64,000 bases of DNA from Candidatus Latescibacterota bacterium. GTDB taxonomy: Bacteria > Latescibacterota > UBA2968 > SICM01. Each line of letters opens with the position of its first letter. The first letter of the stretch is position 1. Of the stretch, positions 21,624 through 31,900 are shown piece by piece. The notes beneath the pieces are model-generated. The model was not told the DNA's origin. It was given only the letters and a program-made list of their open reading frames with translations, and searched no databases. The stretch lies in contig CBDCJO010000002.1 in NCBI GenBank assembly GCA_965217865.1, forward strand, positions 224,001 through 288,000. Direction: 5' to 3'. The translations under genes and the position numbers were made by a program.

Positions 21624-22025
21624 ATGCCTCTTGGGTCCTTTCGTCATCTGATGCTCTATGTAAAGAACATATCTCTATCCAAGGAATTCTATCAGCAGAT
21701 CATGGGGTTTTTGGGTTATTCGTTGGCTCACGAGTCCGATTCTTACTGTATGTGGAATCCCAACATTGGCGGGTGCAGTTTTGGCATTGTACAAGCCGAC
21801 GCTGAATCTGGAGATACCATCTTTCAACGAGGAGAGCCTGGATTTCACCATCTGGCCTTCAACGCCAACAATCGGGAACAAATCGACGATCTGTATGCGA
21901 TTCTCCTGAAGATGCAAGCCAAGGTACTGGATCCTCCTGGTGAATGCCCTGAATACAGTCCAACTTACTACGCAATGTACTTTGAGGATCCAGATGGGAT
22001 GAAATTGGAGTTAGCATATAGTTGA
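21624..22025 (+). CDS. VOC/glyoxalase family protein, probable cassette
   Basis: HLMLYV, HHLAF and YFEDPDGMKLE motifs; AAGGAG RBS. Confidence 0.9.
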   Translation: MPLGSFRHLMLYVKNISLSKEFYQQIMGFLGYSLAHESDSYCMWNPNIGGCSFGIVQADAESGDTIFQRGEPGFHHLAFNANNREQIDDLYAILLKMQAKVLDPPGECPEYSPTYYAMYFEDPDGMKLELAYS

Positions 22026-22365
22026 CTCTCGGCAGTCCAGGGTTGTGATAAGCTTCATGAGACGATATCTGACTGTGTGTAAACAATGCCTTGCCGATTC
22101 GGGCCGCCCTCCGGGCGTCGCTCGGCTGTCCGGCACAGCTCATTTGTCACACCGCTTGCTATGAGGGGGAGAGTCCGGGAAAGCGGCTTGCCAACCCGCC
22201 TACTGCGGGACGGTAGCCGACAACACACGGTAAGTGGAGAACCCCCGCTTCATTCGTGATGGCTATTAGTTATATATTTTTCCCAATGGTTATATCCATC
22301 GTTGTCCAAAATGTAATGTATAAAGAACTCTTTAAAAAACCTTGGGAATATCTTTTAAGTTAAAT

Positions 22366-22715
22366 GGTAATTATATACTTGACAAAGTAAAAAGAGGAGA
22401 AATGACATGGCCAGTCACGATTTGAACGGGAGCGCTGTAAACCTTGCGAAGGCGTTTCAAAACGTGATTGTTGAAGCCGTTGCGTCGATACGCGCGGATA
22501 ATCGTCTTAAAACAAACGACGAGAACACGCAAGCTCAGTTTGCAGACCAGCGAGCCGGCTACGGAAAAGAAGATTGCTGAAATCAAGTCGGATATGGTTG
22601 AACTCAAGCGGATCGTGATCAAAAACGGGAGTTGATCTATACGAAACGAAGCATCCCTTGAGGAATGGACCAAACACGTTTGGTTCATTATCACTTTGTC
22701 AAGTATATAATTACC
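22366..22715 (+). mobile_element. IS1595-like non-autonomous element, copy 2 (inverted relative to copy 1)
   Basis: Same TIRs; no TSD; adjacent HAD gene 5' end is deleted. Confidence 0.85.
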
Positions 22716-23309
22716 TTTGGAATTACCCATACCTGGACAAATTGCACGCATGTAACGGATTCCTGTATCTTCAGCGAAACCTTTGAGAGAAAGTTCAAAA
22801 GATCTCCTGAAGACTCTGAAGTTCGAAATATGATGAATCGTCTTGTGAGTTTACTCAAAGATTCTTTCAAGGCTGATCCGCGATATTTTTCTGAAGTTTT
22901 GGGGGCCCGAAGTCTGTTACTTGAATTACCCGACATGACAGATTGGAAAATTGCTATAGCCACTGGCGGATGGCACAGATCAGCCGATTTCAAACTTCAA
23001 TGCCTGGGACTCTCCACCAAAGGTATTCCTATCTCGACAGCGGATGATGCCGTTTCACGAGAATGTATTGTAACAAGCTGCATTACCAAAGCCAAACTCC
23101 ATTACGGTGTGGATCGATTTTCGAAAATTGTCAGTATTGGTGATGGCGTCTGGGATATTGGGACTGCAAACAATTTGAGTTTACCGTTTATTGGAGTAGG
23201 TGACAAAACTTATTTGGAGCGTTTTGGTGCTACTCATACCGTTCAGGATTTTCGAGATGTCGATCATTTTGTTCATCTGTTAGAAGTGGTGATCCCCCTG
23301 ACTTTATAG
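22716..23309 (+). pseudogene. HAD-family hydrolase lacking its N-terminus
   Basis: IAIATGG and SIGDGVWD motifs; DxD motif I absent. Confidence 0.75.
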
Positions 23310-23429
23310 CTGATAAATTGTAGAATTCTCAGGTATGAGCCTCATAGAATCTAAAAAGAGAAGACCGACTGTGCGCGCTTTATGTTGGCCCCGTTATGGG
23401 CTTCGCCGTGAAGGGGCCGCGCCAGCATC

Positions 23430-23517
23430 GCCTAACAAGCAGTTACCACTGCGCCGCATACGCGGCTTGGGCTTCGCCAACCGGCTTCGCCGGTTCGGTA
23501 ACTGCAAGACGTTAACC
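23430..23517 (+). other. Integron attC site
   Basis: gcctaac-aa-gcagttacc ... ggtaactgc-aagac-gttaacc palindrome. Confidence 0.9.
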
Positions 23518-23569
23518 GCAACGGCCAATGCTTGAACGCGCAAGTAAAAACCATTTCACGGATACAATA

Positions 23570-24034
23570 ATGGATCTAAAGTTAGCCACCATAGAAGACG
23601 CTGAGATCCTCTCTGTCCTAAATGGCGATGCCCAAAAAATCCATGCAGACGCATTACCTCATCTGTTTAAAAGAGGCAAGATGCCAGTATCTCTCGCTAA
23701 GGAGATACTTGCGAAGCCAGAGAATTATGTCTTCATAGGTTACCTGGACAATTCTCCCGTTGGCTACGTCTACGCAGCGATCCAAAGACGTGAGGAAAAC
23801 CCGTATACATTTGCCTTAGACCAAGTTTACATCAATCAAATCTCTGTCAATCGGGACCATCGTGGAAAGGGATATGGAAAGATCCTCATAGATGCGGTTT
23901 TGTGTCTGGCTAAGGAAAAGGGAATATCTCTGGTAGCTCTAGACGTTTGGGCATTCAACAAGAATGCGAAGGCCTTCTTTTCAAAGCGAGGGTTCAAAAT
24001 ATGTCAGGAGAAAATGTGGCTACAGATGGAATAA
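23570..24034 (+). CDS. GNAT acetyltransferase cassette
   Basis: ISVNRDHRGKGYGK and FNKNAKAFF..GF; flanked by attCs. Confidence 0.9.
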   Translation: MDLKLATIEDAEILSVLNGDAQKIHADALPHLFKRGKMPVSLAKEILAKPENYVFIGYLDNSPVGYVYAAIQRREENPYTFALDQVYINQISVNRDHRGKGYGKILIDAVLCLAKEKGISLVALDVWAFNKNAKAFFSKRGFKICQEKMWLQME

Positions 24035-24088
24035 CATTTCTGCGCACCAAATCAGGCAGTAAAATGCTTCGCCCATAGAGGCCGAAAC

Positions 24089-24171
24089 GGTTAACACAGC
24101 ACTCCCGAGCTTCGGCCCATTCGGGCCTCCGCGAAACCCCGGCGGGGTCGGGAGTGCAGGAAACGTTAGGC
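24089..24171 (+). other. Integron attC site
   Basis: ggttaac-aca-gcactcccga ... tcgggagtgc-aggaaac-gttaggc. Confidence 0.9.
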
Positions 24172-24218
24172 GAAACTGGCGCTAAAGATTTCTTCAGCCG
24201 ATCTGAGAGGACTATTCT

Positions 24219-24818
24219 ATGTGGAATCCAGTAGATACGACCTTCTTCAGCAAGAAGCTTCCCGTTGAAATTGCGAATGTTTTTAATGAGTCCACTTCTG
24301 TGATGTTAAGGGGACTTTTGGAAGAACTGGGAGCCGTTGTTTTGGTTCATAACATCGGTTGTCCGCAAGACTTCCTTAAGATAATTGGGCAAGGCGAAGC
24401 GGTTGCTCCATATCTTATTATTGCTTGTCATGGGGACGATAACGGAATTGTTTTTGGTGACTATATGGAAGGCATAGATACATCCATGTTGGTCAAAGAA
24501 AGTATGCCAGCTGATTGCGTGGCGACTCACATTAAACTTCCCGGTTGTTTTGTGATAAACCTGGGTTGTGGTTGCGGAGACGAAAAGATGGCGCGAGCTT
24601 TTTTGTCTGGAGGCTTAAACGGATACGTGGGTACAGATCCTGACCCAGAAGCCTCAAACCATTCTCTATTTGTTGCCCACTTTTTCCATTCGATCATAGA
24701 TCGCAAGAAAACAGCCGTAGAGGCCTGGAAGGCTGCGGCATCCTACGACTCAGAGAGTCGATTATATCTGCTGTACGATAAAGAAGGAAGGCATCAGGCT
24801 CCAGAAGCCCTCACGTGA
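24219..24818 (+). CDS. Hypothetical cassette protein (CHAT/caspase-like H and C motifs)
   Basis: IIACHG and INLGCGCG motifs; between two attCs. Confidence 0.65.
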   Translation: MWNPVDTTFFSKKLPVEIANVFNESTSVMLRGLLEELGAVVLVHNIGCPQDFLKIIGQGEAVAPYLIIACHGDDNGIVFGDYMEGIDTSMLVKESMPADCVATHIKLPGCFVINLGCGCGDEKMARAFLSGGLNGYVGTDPDPEASNHSLFVAHFFHSIIDRKKTAVEAWKAAASYDSESRLYLLYDKEGRHQAPEALT

Positions 24819-24881
24819 AAACGAGCAGAACCCCAGCTTCGCCTAACACATATTAAAGGCCCCGGGTCAAGAAAAAAAGAC

Positions 24882-25348
24882 TCCTCCATCACGATTTTCA
24901 CCGTTTTTTTGCGACCCTAACGTTCGGGGCGTGCAATGAGCCGATCCGAAGAGGTTTGGCGATGTTCGGATCTTTGTCAGTCGTCGGTCTGACTTGATTT
25001 TCACAAACCGGGCTAGATGTGAGCCATCTGCACCAAACACGTATCGGGAATCAAGCGCCTCTCACGGTATACTGTGGAGCGCCCTGGGAGAGGCATTGTC
25101 CTCTCCCTCCAGAAAATAATCGGTACCCCTTGAGTCCCAATCAAGAAGGATGGCTGTTCTCCCCTTTTATGAGGGGGAACGCCAGTTAGGTTCGGGTTCA
25201 TCGCGGGGGCAGACGGACTGACTGTCTCAGATCCGCTCATCTATGTTCTAAATAAGGGGTGAAGGCGGCTTCCCAATCAAGCCGATGAGCTGGGCTATTG
25301 TCCGGACGTTGCCCTGCCAGTTAGGCGCCGGGTTAACCGCCCCACCCA
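24882..25348 (-). ncRNA. Putative bridge/seek RNA, copy 2
   Basis: Same sequence as 9540-10006. Confidence 0.75.
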
Positions 25349-26392
25349 TTATGCTACAAACCGTTTCTCGTCGAATGCCTGGCCGTTTTTGAGCATTTGG
25401 TAGGCGGCCACGCCGAATTTGTGAGCGATGACGCTCTTGGCTTTTCCCGGACCTTGTTTGCTTTTGAGCTTCTCGTAGTATCTATTGATCGGTTCTGACC
25501 ATCGCTGGGCGACGAGGATGATTTCTGAGAAGGCCCACTTTAGGTGTGGGTTGCCGATTTTGTTATTCCCGTCCTTTGTCTTCTTTCCAGCGGACTCTCT
25601 CTCGACTTTGATCAGCCGGCTGTAGGAGGAGAAGGCTGAAGCGGATTTGAACCGTTCAATCGTGTGGATTTCATACAGGATGGTCATGGCCAACATCTCC
25701 CCAAGTCCGGGAACCGTCATCAGGATAGACAGGACATTGCGATCGTGATGTTTGGCCTGTGCCAAGACTTGCTTCTCGACTTTGTAGATCATTTTGTCCA
25801 GGGAGTCAACCAGGTCCAGATCGCAGTCCACAGACATACTCAGATCTGGGTCGGCCAGACGTTCGCACAGCTTTCTCCTGTTGCTCTTCTTTTTGACCTG
25901 GTCGCTGAGAGGATCCAGGATAGCTTGCTGAGAGAAGGTGTTCTGGATGTGGGTGTAACACTCAGCCCGTAAGGCCACAAACCGGTGTCTTCGCCGGAGC
26001 AGGTCCCGGGTTGCCCGCATCTCTTGCGGATAGGCATAGGCCATCGGGAACAGGTTGCAGCGCATCAGCTCAGCCAGCATTCTGGAATCGAGACGGTCGT
26101 TCTTTTTCTTGCCCCCATGGATCGCCTTCATATACAGGGCGTGTCCCAGGTAGAATGGAATCCCGGCCTTGTGACACCCGTCAGCCAGCCAGTACCAGTT
26201 GAAGGTTGACTCCACCCCGACGGCGATGCTACCGAGGTGAGTTTCCAGCACCTGCAGCAGGAGCTTGAAGTCGTTTTTCAGGTTGCGCTGGAACACAATC
26301 TCTCCCATCTTGTCCATGATGCAGACAAACATCGTTCTGGCGTGGAGATCGATGCCACAGAAATAGTTCGAGTCGATCCTTGCGTATTGCAT
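25349..26392 (-). CDS. IS110 DEDD recombinase/transposase
   Basis: Identical 347-aa protein to copy 1. Confidence 0.95.
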   Translation of the reverse strand: MQYARIDSNYFCGIDLHARTMFVCIMDKMGEIVFQRNLKNDFKLLLQVLETHLGSIAVGVESTFNWYWLADGCHKAGIPFYLGHALYMKAIHGGKKKNDRLDSRMLAELMRCNLFPMAYAYPQEMRATRDLLRRRHRFVALRAECYTHIQNTFSQQAILDPLSDQVKKKSNRRKLCERLADPDLSMSVDCDLDLVDSLDKMIYKVEKQVLAQAKHHDRNVLSILMTVPGLGEMLAMTILYEIHTIERFKSASAFSSYSRLIKVERESAGKKTKDGNNKIGNPHLKWAFSEIILVAQRWSEPINRYYEKLKSKQGPGKAKSVIAHKFGVAAYQMLKNGQAFDEKRFVA

Positions 26393-27264
26393 AAGGCCCT
26401 CCTGTGGGAGAAAGGTGATTGAGATATCCGGATCTCAATTATAACCTCTCCTGACAACGAGGGCCTTTATATTAATATCAAGGCACTCCCGAACCTGAGT
26501 GACCTCCTTTGACCATTTTAATCGACAGACACACCCTTCAGGGTCGAGCGCATTTCAAGTATGAGGAAACCCGCGGGCTGCGTCTCAAGTCCTTCATTGA
26601 TCTTGTTTCGAATGAAAGCGCTGAGGCCGTCAACTTCACAGACGACCAGATCACGGGGGAATCTCTTTGTAATTGTGCTCTTCTCATCATTCCGACACGG
26701 AAAGTGAGGAATACGCGGCGATCATGCAATATGATGGCGGAATGACTCGTGAGGAAGCCGAAACTCAAGCTCGTGAGGCGAAGATGCTTGATGATCTCCT
26801 GAACCTCCCCCCGTTCGACCTGAAGGACCTCCCCGAACCTGCGCTTGATGATCTCCTGAAGGATCTCCTCATCCTGCCGGAACTCCCTGAACTCCCCCCA
26901 TTCGTGTGACTGTCGCACTCCACTGTTGCAACTCCACTGTCCCGCTCCACTATCCCATATACCCCCCACGGTCGCTTTTCTGAAGGTTCCGCATCCATTG
27001 CCCGGATTCCTGAATAAAGTCGCACACGGGGAGAATCCGATGCCCTGTGGGCGATTCCGGGGCAAGGGGGCCATCTCGTTTAAGGATCCCAGCCCATGAG
27101 GGGTCGCGGCTCCGCCGCCGGAAACCACATGGGGCCTCCTTCCAAGAAAAAGTGGAGGCAAAAACGTTGCGCGGGGCTATCCGGTCGGCGGATTCGGAAA
27201 CTCCGGCCCTGGACGAGGGGTCGATTCGCCGGTTGAAGGATGAGCTTTGCCGCCGCGAGCTTGG

Positions 27265-27550
27265 GCTGAGCCCAGGCTCCCTCCGATAAACCCGATTTCG
27301 TGGATCCCGCCCCCCACATCACGCCCATCGATACGACCGATCCCCGTATAGATCGCCGCTTTAAGACCGGTCTTTTTCCGCATCTGCTTAAGCCGTTCTG
27401 AATAGGATATCCGGTCCTTGAACTTGAGGAAATCCTTGGATTTGACTTCCCCGGCCACCTCCTCGAAGCTCCCTCCGTCGATAAGGAGTTCGAAGTACTC
27501 CCTTTGGCCGATCCGGAAATGCCCCCCGCAGTTGGGACAGGTTCCGCTAC
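27265..27550 (-). pseudogene. accD: Acetyl-CoA carboxylase beta subunit internal fragment
   Basis: CPNCGGHFRI...DFLKFKD..SYSERL...FIGGSLGS. Confidence 0.8.
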
Positions 27551-27589
27551 CCTGTTCCACCTTCCTTCGGAAAACGGACTGAGGGCATC

Positions 27590-27935
27590 TCGACCTTGAC
27601 CAGCTTTGTAGAGTAAGACAATCTCTGGTCCAAAGAATGGAATTCCATCCTGCGTATACATAGTCAACGCGGAGATTTCCCGCTTGACGGCTTTGTTCCT
27701 TCGGAAAACCCATTCCGAATCGCTCTTCTCATTGAGCAGGAATTCTACTCCGTCGTTATCACTATCATAAGTGTGAATCTCATGAAGCGGTAGCTGCAGC
27801 CATTCTCCAGGCTGCCATATCCTCCGGCCCTCCTTTGTGGAGAGTTCAAGCCGCCACCCCTTTAGGATTCGCTGCAGTGCCAGTTGATCTTCTCGGAAGA
27901 TGGCGATCTCGATGTCAGTGTGATCGCGCGTCTGA
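27590..27935 (-). pseudogene. Nucleotidyltransferase (ANT(2'')/Lnu-like) fragment
   Basis: [17 protein letters not shown]...GIPFFGPEIVLLYKA. Confidence 0.7.
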
Positions 27936-28260
27936 TGCGTAACGAGCGTGTCCATCCGGGCCTCATACGCGCGGAAGAACCCTTTCGCCCCGCAGCCGTC
28001 AACGAGACCGCGTCCCCCGCCGTCACGAAGTCACGCTCGGAGACCATCTTCGTGTTCACCGCGCTCAGCACGGCCGAATCCGCGATCAGGGGCCGTAGCG
28101 GCTCCATCAGGTCCAGCGCCAGCGCCGGCCGGCCATGACGCGGCTGGTGATAGAAACCGATCATCGGATCAAAGCCGACGGCGTAGCAGGCGACGGTCAG
28201 ATCCTTCGCCAGGAGGCTATAGCCGAGCGACAACAGGGCATTGACGGGGTCACGCGGCGG
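27935..28260 (-). pseudogene. cas1: Cas1 internal fragment
   Basis: [14 protein letters not shown]...[29 protein letters not shown]. Confidence 0.85.
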
Positions 28261-28930
28261 TCCCCATATGATCCTCTCCCCGGAACCATTCTCTGTTCGT
28301 CAGTCGTAACATGCTGTATTGAAAGGAGCTATCGTAATTACGCCCGCGCCGCAGACGCGGAAGACAGCGTCAAGACGACTTCCGCCCTTCAGGTCAAAAC
28401 AGCCACTTCTCCGACATTGGGATCAGGATATCCGGGTCGTCGTTACCCACGCTGTTCACCTTGGTGCTGACGGCACGCCTTTCGTAGGGGCCAACACAGG
28501 CTTCACGCATCAACTCGAGAAGCCGCGGTGAGGTCGTTGTCCACGTTCTGGACCGCCTCACGCTGTCGGAAGCTGTGGCGGAGGAACCGTTTAACCTGAA
28601 GAAATTCTACATAGTGCGGCGCAAATCTCAAATCCCCTCTTCCCACACCCGCCAAATCGCCACTCTTATCTTCCCCTCCATCCGCTCGCAGCTTCTGATC
28701 GCTCGGATCTGAAGCCTCCCTGGTTGACAGCTTCCGGCCAAACGGCTATATTACTCGATTGTCTGACTGCCCCTAATCGTCTTGGCTCCCAGTCTCGCGC
28801 ACCCCCGGAATGCAGTGAGGGGCAAGACCACGCTCGTCGAAACCGTGGCGGGCGCGTGGGGAGCATGAAGCCACGCCCTTCCGGGGGGCATATCGGGTTC
28901 TCAAATATGAACAGGGAACAGAAGCAGAGT

Positions 28931-31900
28931 ATGAAGCTGGAAGATCTCCAGGCCAATGCTGCGGTGCATGGCATCCTATCCGACTCCCTCGTCACGGTGG
29001 TCAGCGTGCAGTGGTTCGGCTCCGAAGCGCTTGAGTTGACGTACAAGACACCGACTGGAAAGGTTGCCAATGAGCTTCTGTACCGTCACGACGAAGCCCG
29101 GCTCGAGATCGTCGAAGTCGGCCGGCCATGGAGCTTTGACGGAGACGGCGCGCTGTTCCGCCTGGTCTCCGAGGCACAGCGGATCCGCCTGGCGCATCTC
29201 TTCGACCCGGTGCTGGCCGTGCACACTTCGGTTGTCGAGCCGTTGCCCCATCAGATCACCGCGGTCTACGAATCCATGCTGTCCCGTCAACCCCTTCGCT
29301 TTCTTCTCGCCGATGACCCGGGCGCCGGCAAGACGATCATGGCGGGGTTGCTCATCAAGGAGTTGATCGCTCGCGGGGATCTGCAGCGGTGTCTGGTCGT
29401 CTGTCCCGGCAGTCTCGCAGAGCAATGGCAGGATGAGCTTTACCGCCGGTTCCAGCTGCCCTTCGACATCCTGACAAACGACAAGCTCGAAGCCGCGCGC
29501 ACAGGGAACTGGTTCCTGGAAGCCAATCTCGTTATTGCCCGGCTGGATAAGCTCTCTCGCAACGAAGACGTTCAGCAGAAGCTGCAGGTTCCGGATTGCC
29601 GCTGGGACCTCGTCGTGTGCGACGAGGCGCATAAGATGTCGGCGACGTTATTCGGTGGTGAAGTCAAGTACACGAAGCGCTACCGGCTGGGGCAACTGCT
29701 GTCGAGTCTCACCCGCCATTTCCTGTTGATGACGGCCACGCCGCATAACGGAAAAGAGGAAGACTTTCAGCTCTTTATGGCCCTCATCGACGGGGACCGG
29801 TTCGAGGGGCGCTTTCGCGATGGCGTGCATGCCGCCGACGTCTCGGACCTGATGCGGCGCATGGTGAAAGAGAATCTGCTCAAGTTCGACGGCACGCCGC
29901 TATTTCCAGAGCGCATTGCCCACACGGTTCCCTACACCCTCTCGGAGGCGGAAGCCCGCCTCTACAAGGTTGTCACCGACTACGTGCGCGAGGAATTCAG
30001 CCGTGCGGAGGCGCTGGAGAACGACCAGCGGGCCGGCGCCATCGGCTTCGCCCTGACGATTCTGCAGCGCCGGCTCGCCTCTTCGCCGGAGGCCATCTAT
30101 CAGTCGTTGCGCCGCCGCCGTGAGCGTCTGGAGAGCCGGCTGCGTGAGCTCGAGGTGTTGCAGCGGGTTGGGCAGGCCACCATCGCATTTGCCGCCGTGG
30201 GATCGGAGCTCGACCCGGAGGATGTCGAGGATCTGGACGAGGCCCCCGAAAATGAAGTCGAGGCGGCCGAGGAGGACATTCTCGACCGGGCGACGGCGGC
30301 GCGATCAATCGCCGAGCTGAGGGCTGAGATTGAGACGCTCAAGAATCTGGAAGGTCTTGCGCTTGAACTGCGGCGAAGCGGCACGGACACCAAATGGCGA
30401 GAGCTGGCCAGCCTGCTCGGTGAAATCTTCACAGCAGGTGGGCTCGCCGGACAAATCATGGAGGTGGACGTTCCCGGTGCCGGCAAGATTCCCCGGCCGG
30501 CCCCGTCTCCGAAGCAAAAGCTGGTCATTTTCACCGAGCACCGGGATACGCTGCGTTACCTCGACAGGCGCATCCGGACCTTGCTGGGACGTGAGGAGTC
30601 GGTTGTTCGGATTCACGGCGGCATGGGCCGCGAGGACCGGCTCAAGGCCCAGGAAGCCTTCCGCCACGACCCGCACGTGCAGGTGCTGCTCGCCACGGAT
30701 GCGGCCGGCGAAGGCATCAACCTCCAGCGCGCCCACCTGATGGTGAACTACGATCTGCCCTGGAATCCCAACAGATTGGAGCAACGGTTCGGCCGGATTC
30801 ACCGCATCGGCCAGACGGAAGTGTGTCACCTCTGGAACCTGGTCGCGAATGAAACGAGGGAGGGCGACGTTTATCGCAAGCTCCTCGACAAGTTGGAACA
30901 GGCGCGGCAAACCCTCGGCGGGAAGGTGTTCGACGTGCTCGGCAAGCTCCACTTCGAGGGGCGGCCCCTTCGCGAACTCCTGGTCGAGGCAATCCGCTAC
31001 GGGGAACAGCCGGAGGTTCGAGCGCGCCTCACGACGACGGTCGATCATGCCCTGGACCGCGGCAGGCTTCAGGACCTCCTGGAAGAGAGCGCCCTGGCGG
31101 TCGACGCCATGGACGCGAGCCGAGTGCACCGAATACGCGAGGAAATGGAGCGGAGCGAAGCCCGCCGTCTACAACCGCACTACATCGAGTCGTTCTTTCG
31201 GGAGGCGTTCCAACGCTTGGGCGGTTCCGCCAAACAGCGTGAGGCGAGTCGCTACGAGATCACCCACGTTCCCGCACCCGTTCGGAATCGAGATCGGTTG
31301 ATGGGTATTGGAGAACCGGTCCTTCGCCGGTACGAGCGCATCGCCTTCGAGAAGTCTTTGGTAGCGCCGCAAGGACAGCCGGCGGCGGCGTTTGTGTGTC
31401 CCGGGCACCCATTGCTGGATGCGGTCATCGACCTGACGCTGGAACGACACCGGGATCTCTTGAAACGGGGCGCCGTGTTGGTCGACGAGCGTGACGAGGG
31501 CGACAAACCGCGCGTGCTCTTCTATCTTGAGCACGCGATCCAGGATGCGAGCCTGACGCGCTCGGGGGATCGTCGGATCATCTCCAAGCGTATGCTGTAC
31601 GTGGAACTGGATGCGGATGGCGTGACCCGCCATGTGCACTATGCGCCCTACCTCGACTATCGGCCGCTCGGTGAAGACGATCCCGGTCTGGAACAGATCT
31701 TCGAGCGGCCGCAGTGCGCGTGGATCGACCGGGATGTGGAAAGGAAGGCGCAGGGCTACGCTGTTGCGAACGTGGTCCCGGAGCATTTGGCGGAGGTGCG
31801 CGATGCGAAGTTGGCGTTGATCACCAAGACCGAAGTGGCCGTAAAGGATCGTCTCACCAAGGAGATCACCTACTGGGATCATCGGGCCGAGCAACTCAAA

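Larger units (their letters stand above)
24849..26480 (-). mobile_element. IS1111-group element, copy 2 (apparently identical to copy 1)
   Basis: Offset 15342 from copy 1; same ends and CA core. Confidence 0.92.
24841..26492 (+). other. attC left arm split by IS1111; right arm lost
   Basis: gcctaaca | aggcactcccga matches the arm of attC 24089. Confidence 0.8.

Noticed and set aside
22140-22260. Group II intron remnant
   Set aside because: No GUGYG 5' end, domain V or RT ORF recognisable
27080-27955. 291-aa novel protein
   Set aside because: Chimera of a nucleotidyltransferase fragment and out-of-frame accD
16714-29518. DGR template/variable repeat pair in the helicase duplicates
   Set aside because: No reverse transcriptase; the differences are few and not adenine-specific
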